Of a stretch of DNA of 54,282 nt, positions 37,156 to 46,714 are shown piece after piece; the first letter of the stretch is position 1; each line of letters opens with the position of its first letter. The translations under genes and the position numbers were made by a program. This stretch comes from Thermocrinis sp. (GTDB taxonomy: Bacteria; Aquificota; Aquificia; Aquificales; Aquificaceae), in the NCBI GenBank assembly GCA_009903855.1, contig WYEK01000027.1, forward strand, positions 1 to 54,282, in the 5' to 3' direction. The notes beneath the pieces are model-generated. The model ran no database searches. It was not told the origin of the DNA and saw only the letters and a program-made list of their open reading frames with translations.

Positions 37156-38142
37156 ATGGAAAAGATTGCGGTTTTACTTTTAAACATGGGAGGACCAGAC
37201 TCCTTAGAGGCCATCAGACCCTTCTTATACAATCTATTTTCGGACCACGACATCGTAGAAATACCAAAACCCATCCAAAAACCTGTAGCCTTTTTTATAT
37301 CCCTCTTTAGGGCAAAAAAGACAAGGCACTACTACGAGTTGATGGGAGGCAAATCTCCACAGAGGGAACAGACAGAAGCCCAAGCAAAAGCCCTGCAAAA
37401 AATACTGCCCGAGAACTTCATTGTAAAGCCCGCCATGAGGTATTGGAAGCCCTTTATAGAAACTGCAGTAAAGGAATCTATAGAAGAAGGGGCAAAGGCT
37501 TTTGTGCTCCTTCCTATGTATCCCCAATACAGCAAGACCACCACCGGCTCTTCCTTTAATGAATTCGAAAGGGTTTATAAAAGGCTTGGCTTGAACCTTC
37601 CCGTCGTAAAAATCCACTCTTATCACAACCATCCCCTTTACATAAGGGCAATGGTGGAGAGGATAAAAGAGAGGGTAAAAGAGCCCGAAAAATACTTTTT
37701 CCTCTTCAGTGCCCACAGCCTGCCGGTAAAAGTCATAGAGAGGGGAGACCCCTACAAGGATCAAACGGAGGAAACGGTAAGGCTAATAATGGAACATTTC
37801 CCCGGAGTTAAGTACGCCTTGGGTTATCAGAGTAAGATTGGACCCGTTAAGTGGCTGGATCCGGAGACACAAAGGCTTTTAGAGGAGGTCTTAAGGGCTG
37901 GCCATAAAAGGATCGTTGTGGTGCCCGTTTCCTTTACCTGCGAGCACTCGGAAACCCTTTACGAACTTGACCATCAGTATGGCAACCTTGCCAAAGAGTT
38001 AGGGGTGGAGGAGTATGTGAGAATTCCCACTTTGCAGGACCATCCCACCTACATAGCCCTTCTCAAAGAGTTAGTTTTAGATGCTCAGAAAGAACTTGAA
38101 GGGCAACCTTCGGGCTTGGCTCACAGCCAGTCCACAGCCTAA
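37156..38142 (+). CDS. hemH: Ferrochelatase
   Basis: LLNMGGP, GGKSP, PMYPQYS, FSAHSLP, GDPY, EHSETLYELD. Confidence 0.95.
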   Translation: MEKIAVLLLNMGGPDSLEAIRPFLYNLFSDHDIVEIPKPIQKPVAFFISLFRAKKTRHYYELMGGKSPQREQTEAQAKALQKILPENFIVKPAMRYWKPFIETAVKESIEEGAKAFVLLPMYPQYSKTTTGSSFNEFERVYKRLGLNLPVVKIHSYHNHPLYIRAMVERIKERVKEPEKYFFLFSAHSLPVKVIERGDPYKDQTEETVRLIMEHFPGVKYALGYQSKIGPVKWLDPETQRLLEEVLRAGHKRIVVVPVSFTCEHSETLYELDHQYGNLAKELGVEEYVRIPTLQDHPTYIALLKELVLDAQKELEGQPSGLAHSQSTA

Positions 38143-38881
38143 AGCTCTCCAATCCCTGATATACGAGCATCTTCAAACCGTCTGAGTATATAGCTCCCCT
38201 TTTTTCCGCCCACTCCTTTAGAAGGGTTTGTCTGTTGTAGAGCAGTTCAAAGACCACTTGCCCCTCTCTTATGAGGGAGTAATCAAAGAGCATATAGTCT
38301 TCCGTCAAGCCCACCGAAGTGGTGTTTACTATTAGGTCTGCGTTTGGCACAACCTCCTCTGGTGATTCCACCACATCCACCCCAAAGCTTTGGGAGAGCA
38401 GTTTAGCCTTTTCCTTTGTTCTGTTCCACAAAAAGACTTGCGCTTCCTCTTGCTTTAGGGCATAGAGCACCGCCCGGGCAGAACCACCAGCCCCCAAAAC
38501 TAAAACCTTTTTACCCTTTAGCTCTGGGAGAATCTCTTTAAGGCTTTTTAAAAAACCAATCCAGTCAGTGTTGTAGCCCTCTGTTCTTTCTCCAAACTTG
38601 ACCGTATTTACCGCCCCAATATTTTTGGCATGCTCGTCTGCGTAATCAACGAGCTCAAGGACCTTCTCCTTGTGTGGGATAGTAACATTCACTCCTTTTA
38701 TTCCCAGTGCTTTTAGCCCTTCAAGGGCAGTCTTTAGGTCCTCGGGTTTTACCTCAAAGGGAACATACACCGCGTTTAAACCCAGATGCTCAAAGACTCT
38801 GTTTTGAAAGACAGGAGAAAGGGAATGGCTTATGGGATATCCGACGACGCCGTAGAGGGCGGTCCTTCCGGAGATTTTCAT
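38063..38881 (-). CDS. aroE: Shikimate dehydrogenase
   Basis: HSLSP, NVTIPHK, GAVNT, NTD, GAGGSA. Confidence 0.95.
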   Translation of the reverse strand: MKISGRTALYGVVGYPISHSLSPVFQNRVFEHLGLNAVYVPFEVKPEDLKTALEGLKALGIKGVNVTIPHKEKVLELVDYADEHAKNIGAVNTVKFGERTEGYNTDWIGFLKSLKEILPELKGKKVLVLGAGGSARAVLYALKQEEAQVFLWNRTKEKAKLLSQSFGVDVVESPEEVVPNADLIVNTTSVGLTEDYMLFDYSLIREGQVVFELLYNRQTLLKEWAEKRGAIYSDGLKMLVYQGLESFRLWTGCEPSPKVALQVLSEHLKLTL

Positions 38882-39129
38882 AAAAGATTGTGCTTGGGAA
38901 CGGAGATTTCCACCTTCTTTACCCAGTCTAGATTGCCCTTGAGGGCAATGTCCACCACTTCCTTCACGCTAACATCCACTATGGGACAGTCGGTGCATCC
39001 ACCCTCAAACTGTAAATACACCTCACCCTCTTTGATGTCCACAACCTTCAGGTTTCCGTGATGTTCCTTCAGGGCTGGTCTGATTTTTTCAAGGACCAGT
39101 TCAACTTCTTTTAGCTTTTCTCTTTCCAT
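38878..39129 (-). CDS. NifU C-terminal (Nfu) domain protein
   Basis: IRPALKEHHGN, GGCTDCP (CxxC). Confidence 0.88.
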   Translation of the reverse strand: MEREKLKEVELVLEKIRPALKEHHGNLKVVDIKEGEVYLQFEGGCTDCPIVDVSVKEVVDIALKGNLDWVKKVEISVPKHNLL

Positions 39130-39368
39130 GATGGGTCCTCCAACTCTCTAATTAAATTTTGGATTTTCATCCAGAGTTTTCCCTGATCTTCCTCATCCAA
39201 CTCCATCAACCTAAAAAAGCCCTTTAGGGTTAGCTTGTCTGCCACTATGTCAAGAAGGTCTTCCTCTTCCAACTTGCCAAGTCCATAATCCCACAGTATT
39301 TCCTTAGTCTCCGGATATCTCTCCAAAAGTTCTCTAAGGTTTATGTCTAAGGTGATCCTCTCCCTCAT
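39111..39368 (-). CDS. Small hypothetical protein (possibly DUF1858/ScdA-N-like)
   Basis: ATGA-coupled to the tusA stop; NLRELLERYPETKEILWDYGL resembles DUF1858 N-termini but lacks Cys. Confidence 0.55.
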   Translation of the reverse strand: MRERITLDINLRELLERYPETKEILWDYGLGKLEEEDLLDIVADKLTLKGFFRLMELDEEDQGKLWMKIQNLIRELEDPSWKEKS

Positions 39369-39616
39369 AGTTCTTTTACTTTTCTGACAAAAAGATGAAA
39401 CTCGCCGTCTTCTTCGTACATGCCCAAGAACTCTTGCCCTGTAGCCTTGCACCAGGCGGGAATGTCCTCCACCACGCCCGGGTCATCCGCTATCAACTCT
39501 AAAATCTGCCCTATTTGCATCTGTTTGATCATTTTAGAGGTTTCCGCTATGGGCACAGGGCAAAAGGTTCCCACCACATCGTGAACCACATCGGGCTTTA
39601 TCTTATCCAACTCCAT
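39365..39616 (-). CDS. tusA: TusA-family sulfur carrier
   Basis: GTFCPVP (CPxP), DDPG, DIPAWC. Confidence 0.9.
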   Translation of the reverse strand: MELDKIKPDVVHDVVGTFCPVPIAETSKMIKQMQIGQILELIADDPGVVEDIPAWCKATGQEFLGMYEEDGEFHLFVRKVKEL

Positions 39617-40649
39617 GGGACGCTCCTTTAAGTATTTTAAAGCTTTCTAAGATCTCATCCCCCAAAGGCTCCCCTAGTATCACCTTTTCCTCGTCTTTTA
39701 CCTTTATTATCACCTCTGCAGGTTCCCTCTTTGAGTACCTGCAGACCACGCCCGCTATTAGGGGGTACTCTTCCTCCTTTGGCACTCCTTTAATTATAAC
39801 AAGGGTGCCCTGTTGGTCCTTTCTCTGGGCATAGCCATAACGGTTTTTAAAACCACTCAGAAAATTAACCTCTCCCTCGTTCCTTGCTACCACAAGCTTG
39901 ACGCCGGAGGGAAGTCTTAGGTGCCTTCCCACAGATAAAAGGACAAGGTCTTCCCTTGTTATGGAGCCCTCCCTCTCCAAGGTCTCTTTAAACTTTAAGG
40001 CATAGTTGGGGTCTGTTAGGTAGCAACATCCTCCAGCGGGCTGTTCGTAATCTATGCCATACTTTTTTGCAAGGTTTATTTGCACCTTCCTGCCTCTTCC
40101 CTTTATGTCCAGTAGTTTCTCCCGGTCTACCCAACCCATCTTTTCCGGCACCGTTGGTGGAAGTAGCTTAGCGGATAAAGGTCTGAGGACATAGCCTTCC
40201 AAACCCGCCTCTTTTTCTATAAGCTTTAGTATGGGTAGCCTCTGGCTCATGGGTCTTTGACCCACCACTTCCCCGGTGATCACAAAGTGATAGCCCTCCC
40301 TGTCCATTATTTCCTTTGCCTTTCTCAGCATCATTATCCGGCAGTCTATGCACGGATTTACGTTTTTACCGTAGCCGTACTTTGGCTTCAGCAGTACATT
40401 AAAGTACTCTTCAGATATATCTACAATTTCAACGGGCACGCCCAACTGCGCCGCAGCCTTTAGGGCTGGGTTCATATGCTGGGAACCGTCCTCTTTTTTT
40501 ATTCCCAACCTTCTCTTGTGCTCAGTTATACAAAAGCCCGTGTAAAAGTGCAGGGCGTGGACAAAAATACCCTGCTCCTGCACTAACTTTATTGCCAGTG
40601 TGCTATCTAATCCACCCGAAAGCAGTGCTAAAGCCTTTATCTGGCTCAT
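39603..40649 (-). CDS. PP-loop ATP pyrophosphatase, ThiI/MnmA-like putative tRNA thiouridylase
   Basis: SGGLDS, NPCIDCR, TGEVVGQRPMSQ, PAGGCC, GRHLR; no THUMP or rhodanese domain. Confidence 0.8.
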   Translation of the reverse strand: MSQIKALALLSGGLDSTLAIKLVQEQGIFVHALHFYTGFCITEHKRRLGIKKEDGSQHMNPALKAAAQLGVPVEIVDISEEYFNVLLKPKYGYGKNVNPCIDCRIMMLRKAKEIMDREGYHFVITGEVVGQRPMSQRLPILKLIEKEAGLEGYVLRPLSAKLLPPTVPEKMGWVDREKLLDIKGRGRKVQINLAKKYGIDYEQPAGGCCYLTDPNYALKFKETLEREGSITREDLVLLSVGRHLRLPSGVKLVVARNEGEVNFLSGFKNRYGYAQRKDQQGTLVIIKGVPKEEEYPLIAGVVCRYSKREPAEVIIKVKDEEKVILGEPLGDEILESFKILKGASHGVG

Positions 40650-41107
40650 AGGGATAGGAACTCAAACTCGGTCTTTTCTTCCTCTTGCTCTTCGTAGCAG
40701 TCGGGAATCTTTTCCGCCTCTTCAAGCCTACCCTGCTTTATGAGGTAATCCTTGATGGCCACATGCAGGGTTTCCAAGCCCAAGTTGGTGCAATGGATCT
40801 TTTGAGGAGGAAGTCCGCCCAGCTCTTCAAAGATGTCCTTGTAGGTTAGGTTGAGGGCATAGTCTATGGTCTTGCCTTTGACCATCTCTGTAAGCATAGA
40901 AGAAACCGCTATAGCGGAGCCACAGCCGAAGGTTTTAAACCTCACATCCTCTATAACATCTGTCTCTGGGTTTACCTTTATGGTAAATAGCATGGCGTCT
41001 CCGCAGGCGGGGTTTCCACACTGCCCAATGCCGTTGGCATCTTCCAAAACACCCACATTCCTTGGGTTCAAAAAGTGATCTAATACTTTTTCGCTGTATT
41101 CAAACAT
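40646..41107 (-). CDS. iscU: Fe-S scaffold IscU
   Basis: YSEKVLDHFLNPRNVG, GNPACGD, FGCGSAIA, LPPQKIHC. Confidence 0.93.
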   Translation of the reverse strand: MFEYSEKVLDHFLNPRNVGVLEDANGIGQCGNPACGDAMLFTIKVNPETDVIEDVRFKTFGCGSAIAVSSMLTEMVKGKTIDYALNLTYKDIFEELGGLPPQKIHCTNLGLETLHVAIKDYLIKQGRLEEAEKIPDCYEEQEEEKTEFEFLSL

Positions 41108-41174
41108 GGCTTACACCTCCTTACTTTGATGGATTTTATTTTAGGGAAAAAACAAAAGGTAGCAATGATAATTA

Positions 41175-42983
41175 TCAAGGAGTAAGCTCAGAAATTTTAG
41201 CCCTCAAAAGTTCCACAGGGTCCTCCAAACTCAGCCCCAGATACTCCAAGAACTTCTCAATGCTTACCCACCTTTTCAGAACCATACCTTGGGTGATAAG
41301 CCTTTCAAAGGGTTCTGAGTCCTTCACAAGCCCCAGGTCAAAGAGAAACTTCTGGAAGAACCGGGCATACAGAAGGTGCAAAACCGCATGCTCTATGCCA
41401 CCTATGTAGTAATCCACTGGCATCCAGCTTTCCACCTTCTTGGGGTCAAAGGGCAGTTTGTCGTTCTTCGGATCGCAGTAACGCAGGAAATACCAAGAAG
41501 AATCAAAGAAGGTGTCCATGGTGTCCGTTTCCCTTTTGGCGGGCCCTCCGCACTTGGGACAGGTGGTATTTACCCAATCCTCCACCTTCTCTAAAGGATT
41601 TCCATGTCCGGTGATCTCCACCTTTTCGGGCAGTAAAACAGGGAGTTGATCCTCTGGCACTGGCACAGTGCCACAGCTTGGACAGTAAATTATGGGAATG
41701 GGTGTACCCCAGTATCTTTGGCGGGATATGTTCCAATCCCTCAGCCTGTATGTGATTTTGAAGTCCGCCAGACCCTTCTCCTTTAGCCACTGGGTTATCT
41801 CCACTTTTGCCCTCTCCGAGTCCATTCCGTCAAAGGGTCCGGAGTTTATGAGAATACCAGGATCTTTGTAGGCTTTGCCCTCTGGCAATTCTGAGTCTTT
41901 GGGTTTGACTACCACCTTTATGGGAAGGTTGTACTTTTGGGCAAACTCATAGTCCCTTTGGTCGTGGGCGGGCACGCACATGATCGCCCCAGTGCCATAC
42001 TCATAGAGCACATAGTTGGCGGTCCATACGGGAATCAGCTCACCGTTGGCAGGGTTTTTCGCGTACACTCCAAGAAATACACCCTCCTTTTCCTCTTGGG
42101 TCCCTCTCTCCCTTGAGGACATGTGCTTCATTTTGTTGACAAACTCCTCCACCTCTTTCAGCCTACCTCCCCTCTTGGCAAGGGTCAAAGTTAGTGGATG
42201 CTCGGGTGCCAGCACCAAGAAGGTGGCACCAAAAACTGTGTCCGGTCTCGTGGTAAAGACCTCTATGGGTAATTCGTCCACATAGAACTTTATTACCGCA
42301 CCTTCGGACCTACCTATCCAGTTTCTTTGCTGGAGGATCACCCTTTCGGGCCACTTCCCTTCCAAGAGCTTTAGGTCTTCCAAAAGTCTCTCCGCATAAT
42401 CGGTGATCTTTATGTACCAAGAGGGCACGTTTCTCCTTATCACGGGCGTCCCACAACGCCAACACTTGCCCTCTATAACCTGCTCGTTTGCAAGGACCGT
42501 CTCATCGTTAGGGCACCAATTAACCTCCGCATCCTTTCTATAGACCAAGCCCTTTTCATAAAGCTTTAAAAAGATCCACTGGTTCCATTTGTAATACTCT
42601 GGTTCGCAGGTGGCAATCTCCCTGTCCCAATCGTAGGAAAAACCCAAGCTCTTGAGTTGCTCTCTCATGTAGTTTATGTTTTCCTTGGTCCATTGGGCGG
42701 GATGCACTCCGTGTTTTAGCGCGGCGTTTTCCGCAGGCAGACCAAAGGCGTCCCATCCCATAGGATGCAAAACCCTTTTACCCTTCATCCTCAAAAAGCG
42801 CGCCAGGGCATCCCCAATGGTGTAGTTTCTAACATGACCCATGTGGATGCGCCCCGACGGGTATGGAAACATTTCAAGCACATAGACCTTGTTCTCTCCC
42901 TCCTCTACCTTAAAAACTCCAAGCTCCTCCCAGTGCCTTTGCCACTTCTGTTCTATCTCCCTTGGATTGTAGCTTTTTTCCAT
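41175..42983 (-). CDS. leuS: Leucyl-tRNA synthetase alpha subunit (split LeuRS)
   Basis: HMGH, editing-domain TTRPDT and [17 protein letters not shown]. Ends after QGMV with no KMSKS, as in Aquifex alpha/beta LeuRS. Confidence 0.93.
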   Translation of the reverse strand: MEKSYNPREIEQKWQRHWEELGVFKVEEGENKVYVLEMFPYPSGRIHMGHVRNYTIGDALARFLRMKGKRVLHPMGWDAFGLPAENAALKHGVHPAQWTKENINYMREQLKSLGFSYDWDREIATCEPEYYKWNQWIFLKLYEKGLVYRKDAEVNWCPNDETVLANEQVIEGKCWRCGTPVIRRNVPSWYIKITDYAERLLEDLKLLEGKWPERVILQQRNWIGRSEGAVIKFYVDELPIEVFTTRPDTVFGATFLVLAPEHPLTLTLAKRGGRLKEVEEFVNKMKHMSSRERGTQEEKEGVFLGVYAKNPANGELIPVWTANYVLYEYGTGAIMCVPAHDQRDYEFAQKYNLPIKVVVKPKDSELPEGKAYKDPGILINSGPFDGMDSERAKVEITQWLKEKGLADFKITYRLRDWNISRQRYWGTPIPIIYCPSCGTVPVPEDQLPVLLPEKVEITGHGNPLEKVEDWVNTTCPKCGGPAKRETDTMDTFFDSSWYFLRYCDPKNDKLPFDPKKVESWMPVDYYIGGIEHAVLHLLYARFFQKFLFDLGLVKDSEPFERLITQGMVLKRWVSIEKFLEYLGLSLEDPVELLRAKISELTP

Positions 42984-43011
42984 AGGCTAAAATTATAAAA
43001 TAGCGATTGAA

Positions 43012-44049
43012 CTAATTATTACCAGAGTAAAGCCTTTTGGCTACATCCCGAGCAAAGTAAGGGTCTCCCGTTCCCAAAGCAAGCTCCAAAAGGAAGGTCC
43101 TGTATTCAAGGCTTTGGCTCAGGTATAGGTTTTCAAGGATCAGCCTTTTCAAAGTTTCATAATCCTTTGCCCAAAGGGCGCGCTTCATAACCTCCTTTTC
43201 CAAGTATAGCCTTTCCTCGGGTGTCAAAGGAAGGCTTTCCTTCATATATTCCCTAAAGGAAAGATAGTTTTCTTTGGTAAGCCCTACTTCTATGAGCCTT
43301 TTTATCAGACTGTGCCTTTCCGCTGGTGGAAGTTCCTGATAGTAGGTTTTTGCATAGTTAAAAGCCTTTTGTAGATTTCCCGAGAGCAGTGCAAGGTTAA
43401 TGGCGTCTTTTACAAAAGCTTTACCCTTCTTTTCCACCAACACATCCGCAAACCTTGAAGCAATTGCATAGTTTTTGAAGGCTATTGAGTAATAGAAGGC
43501 CTTTTCAACCCAAAAAAGGTTTCCCGTTCTTTCCGCCAATACAGTGGAAGTTCTGTATGCAATCTCAGGAATGTCCATACTCTCCGCTTCCTTGAAGGCT
43601 TTTTCCAAGGAGCCTGTGTCCGTTTTTAGTTTTATGTAAAGACTCAAAAGCTTTTCCATCTCGTTTTTTATACTCTTCTTTTGTTCTTCGTCTTTGGCGG
43701 AGAAATACTCCGTCTTTAGCAGTTGGTACTTTAAAAACAATATCTCCGGGTCATTGGGATGTTTCCTCTCCATTTCTGAAACTACTTCTATAGCGTCTTT
43801 AGTCCTACCTACCCTAATGTAGGACTTGACTAGGGCGTCGTATATATCCACTGAAGGGTTCGTCCTTAAAAGGGCTCTGTAGTAGGCAAGGGTTAGGTCT
43901 GTGTTTATCTCCACAGACTCGGGCAGATATCCTTCTAACTTGCCTTTTGGAAAAAGCAGGACCGCCACCAGAAGTGCGGTCAGAATTATTCCCACATAAT
44001 CCCTTATTGAAAAGGCTTTAATCAGTGCATACCGCTTTGATGTCTGCAT
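43012..44049 (-). CDS. TPR protein resembling the N-terminal part of PelB
   Basis: N-terminal TM helix ending LLFP, then DLTLAYYRALLRTNP and TPR-like helices; overlaps the pelA stop; GGAG RBS before ATG 44049. Confidence 0.7.
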   Translation of the reverse strand: MQTSKRYALIKAFSIRDYVGIILTALLVAVLLFPKGKLEGYLPESVEINTDLTLAYYRALLRTNPSVDIYDALVKSYIRVGRTKDAIEVVSEMERKHPNDPEILFLKYQLLKTEYFSAKDEEQKKSIKNEMEKLLSLYIKLKTDTGSLEKAFKEAESMDIPEIAYRTSTVLAERTGNLFWVEKAFYYSIAFKNYAIASRFADVLVEKKGKAFVKDAINLALLSGNLQKAFNYAKTYYQELPPAERHSLIKRLIEVGLTKENYLSFREYMKESLPLTPEERLYLEKEVMKRALWAKDYETLKRLILENLYLSQSLEYRTFLLELALGTGDPYFARDVAKRLYSGNN

Positions 44050-46714
44050 GTTTTCCTCCCTTGAACTCAACAACCCCAGGGTCGTAGGCTTTTCCGTTTA
44101 CGAACACTTTGCAAGAGGTTTCCAAACGAACCTCCAAAGGCAAGTAGGAGCTTAGCCTTAGGCTATACTCTTTTCCTTTTCTTTCAAAGTTTTCCACATA
44201 GCCATTAGAGTATAAAAGTGCAAACTTTGGCTTTTGGGAGGAAAAGACCAGATAGTAGTCCCCCGAACCATCCAAGAAGAGATAGTTGTAGCCATCCTTT
44301 CCTTCCCTGTAGCCCACCACTCCCTTGCTCTTTTCTGTGTCCGGATAGCCCCATTCCTTTGGATACCTCAGGGTCCTCAATCCGCCAGCGTTTTTTACCC
44401 TAAAGCCCTCTTCCCATCTCATTACTGCAGTTTGTCTGAAGTCCAAAACCCACCTACTATACTCGGACAAAAACATGGGACTTACTTCTCTTGATAGAGC
44501 CCAATCGTAAACCCTTTTCAAAGCGTTCAAAGAGGCCAACTTTTGCCCTGAATAAAAGTGATAATAAATAGAGATAGGCTTTAGCCTTCTTGGGTTTTCT
44601 GTAAGCTCAAAGGTCTGTATAACATTTAAATAGCCCCAGAAGGGGCTCGTCCAAAGGTTTGTGTATATGTTTTCGTTCTGTACGGGAGCATAGATCTGAA
44701 AGTAGGGTCCATAATTGACACCGGAGGGACCTATGTTCTTCAGAAAGGGCTCCTGCTGGGTTATGGTGGTCAAACCTCCATTAACGTTAAAAATGCCAAG
44801 CTGGTAAGTTTGCCTTAGCTGTTCTCTGTTTGGGTTGCATTCGCCCGTCCAGAGGAAAACTCTAACTTTTTTTCCAAGGTCATTCAAAACTTCTCTGTTG
44901 ATCCATTCTATTGAACCCTTTATTTCACTGTCCCAGTTGAGGTTATAGCCTTTTATTGGGAGGTTGTAGCCGTAAGGTAGCTCCCTTTTTCTGTATTTGG
45001 GTTGCCAGTCAAAAGGATGGGAAAAGCTGTGGCTTGCGGGTTCAACCCACTCAAGTGAAAACATGCCCTTTGCTATGTTTATTAACCTCTCTGACTTATC
45101 CGGATACAGTCCATCCTTGGAAACCTCTCCCACTATTAAAGAAACAGTATGCGGAATGGGATACCTTTTTATTATTTCGTCCCTTATTACCTCTCCCGTG
45201 GTTTTGGAAGGGTCAAATTCTGCGTTTCCAAAGAAGACATCTCCATCTATATGGGCGGTAAGTATTCTTCCACCGTTTTGGGTGGTAAGGTCAGGAATCA
45301 AAAGGGTGGTCCCAAAGACCTTTTTAAACACCTCAAAAGGGTCAAAGCTCCACAACTCCTCTGAGTTCAAAAGGGACTCATTAACTGCGTATCCCCCCCA
45401 ATCAAAGAGGGCAAAAGGATGGTGTTTTTGTCCGAGGGAGTTTTCCACCTCAACCATGGGTGTTCCCTTTTCTGCAATTAACAGAGTATCCGTATAGGAT
45501 ACTTTTATTGGTGCCTCAAAGCCCCTGTTTTCCTTCGGTCTTATCAACCTAAAAGGGTTTATAGACCTTTCTCTGTTCCTTTCCGCCCTTACGCCAAAGG
45601 CTCTATAAAATTTTTCATCGTAGGGCAATGAATTCAAAAAGAATAGCTTTAAACCCTCTTCCTTTGCCTTTATCAACCAATCGATTAATTTTTCGTCAAT
45701 CTTTCCTAGAAAACCAACCATTACGCCCGCATAGCCAAGCTCTGGGTAAATTTCGGGCAACCCCTCTTCTATGTCAAACATCTCTGACACAAAGCCCAGG
45801 TATTCAAGCACCATAGATGTGAACCTGTGAGTGGGTTCATACTGGGCTACCGGATTTTCCTTTGAACTATAGAGGATGGCAATCTTTCTTGGAATTAAAA
45901 AACAGAGAGAATATCCAACCCTTGAAAGATCCCTATCTGCCACGTATGGAACAAACCCAAGCTCTGCGATCTTTCTAACGAGCTCCTTTGCCTTCTTTTT
46001 GTCCCTTGGGTCTGCGTAATCCACCACTATGACAGGAATGCCATAGGACTTTATCCTGTTTAGCTGGTCCAGTAGCCACTTTCTTTCCTCTTCAGAAACT
46101 GTTCTGTATCCTTTTTTTGCATCAAGCCCACTAAAAAGGCTCTCCACCAAAACGCCATTTACGTCGTCTTTTACCCTATCTATAAACTCAAAGCCCCTGT
46201 TTAAAACTATCAGTTTGTCGGGATACCTTTTCCTTAGCTCCTTTACAAAATCCACAAGGGCGTCTTGAAAGTCTTTCCACTCTTCTTTTTTGGCGGAAAG
46301 TTGGTATGAATCTAAGGTGTCCAAAAAGAACCCATCAAAACCTCTGTCCGCAATCCTTTTTGCCACCGCTTCCAAGAGGAACTGTCTGTATTCTTTATTC
46401 CTCACATCCGCCACTAAAGACTTCCACATGGGATTTGTCCCGATGGAATACTTTTTAAGGTCTTTGTAATAGTCCCTGTAGGTTTCTATCTCTCCTACGC
46501 TCATATAACCTATGAGTTTTGCCCTCTTTTTTTGATAAAAGCCCTTTTCCTTCAGAACCTCCATATAAGGGTTATCCGCATCCAGCACGACCCAATCGTA
46601 GGCATAGAGCACATCATCGGGCAAAGGTTTGTGATGATAGTAAAGTAGCACACATTTTAATTCCTGCGCCAACAAACTACTCACGAAGAGCAAAAGTCCT
46701 ATAATGAACATCAT
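44018..46714 (-). CDS. pelA: PelA bifunctional glycoside hydrolase/deacetylase
   Basis: YMSVGE, GFDGFFLDTLDSY, NRGFE, VESLF (GH166-like); HIDGD, SHSFSHPF, WTG, NENIYTNLW, YYHFYSG. Confidence 0.9.
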   Translation of the reverse strand: MMFIIGLLLFVSSLLAQELKCVLLYYHHKPLPDDVLYAYDWVVLDADNPYMEVLKEKGFYQKKRAKLIGYMSVGEIETYRDYYKDLKKYSIGTNPMWKSLVADVRNKEYRQFLLEAVAKRIADRGFDGFFLDTLDSYQLSAKKEEWKDFQDALVDFVKELRKRYPDKLIVLNRGFEFIDRVKDDVNGVLVESLFSGLDAKKGYRTVSEEERKWLLDQLNRIKSYGIPVIVVDYADPRDKKKAKELVRKIAELGFVPYVADRDLSRVGYSLCFLIPRKIAILYSSKENPVAQYEPTHRFTSMVLEYLGFVSEMFDIEEGLPEIYPELGYAGVMVGFLGKIDEKLIDWLIKAKEEGLKLFFLNSLPYDEKFYRAFGVRAERNRERSINPFRLIRPKENRGFEAPIKVSYTDTLLIAEKGTPMVEVENSLGQKHHPFALFDWGGYAVNESLLNSEELWSFDPFEVFKKVFGTTLLIPDLTTQNGGRILTAHIDGDVFFGNAEFDPSKTTGEVIRDEIIKRYPIPHTVSLIVGEVSKDGLYPDKSERLINIAKGMFSLEWVEPASHSFSHPFDWQPKYRKRELPYGYNLPIKGYNLNWDSEIKGSIEWINREVLNDLGKKVRVFLWTGECNPNREQLRQTYQLGIFNVNGGLTTITQQEPFLKNIGPSGVNYGPYFQIYAPVQNENIYTNLWTSPFWGYLNVIQTFELTENPRRLKPISIYYHFYSGQKLASLNALKRVYDWALSREVSPMFLSEYSRWVLDFRQTAVMRWEEGFRVKNAGGLRTLRYPKEWGYPDTEKSKGVVGYREGKDGYNYLFLDGSGDYYLVFSSQKPKFALLYSNGYVENFERKGKEYSLRLSSYLPLEVRLETSCKVFVNGKAYDPGVVEFKGGKHADIKAVCTD

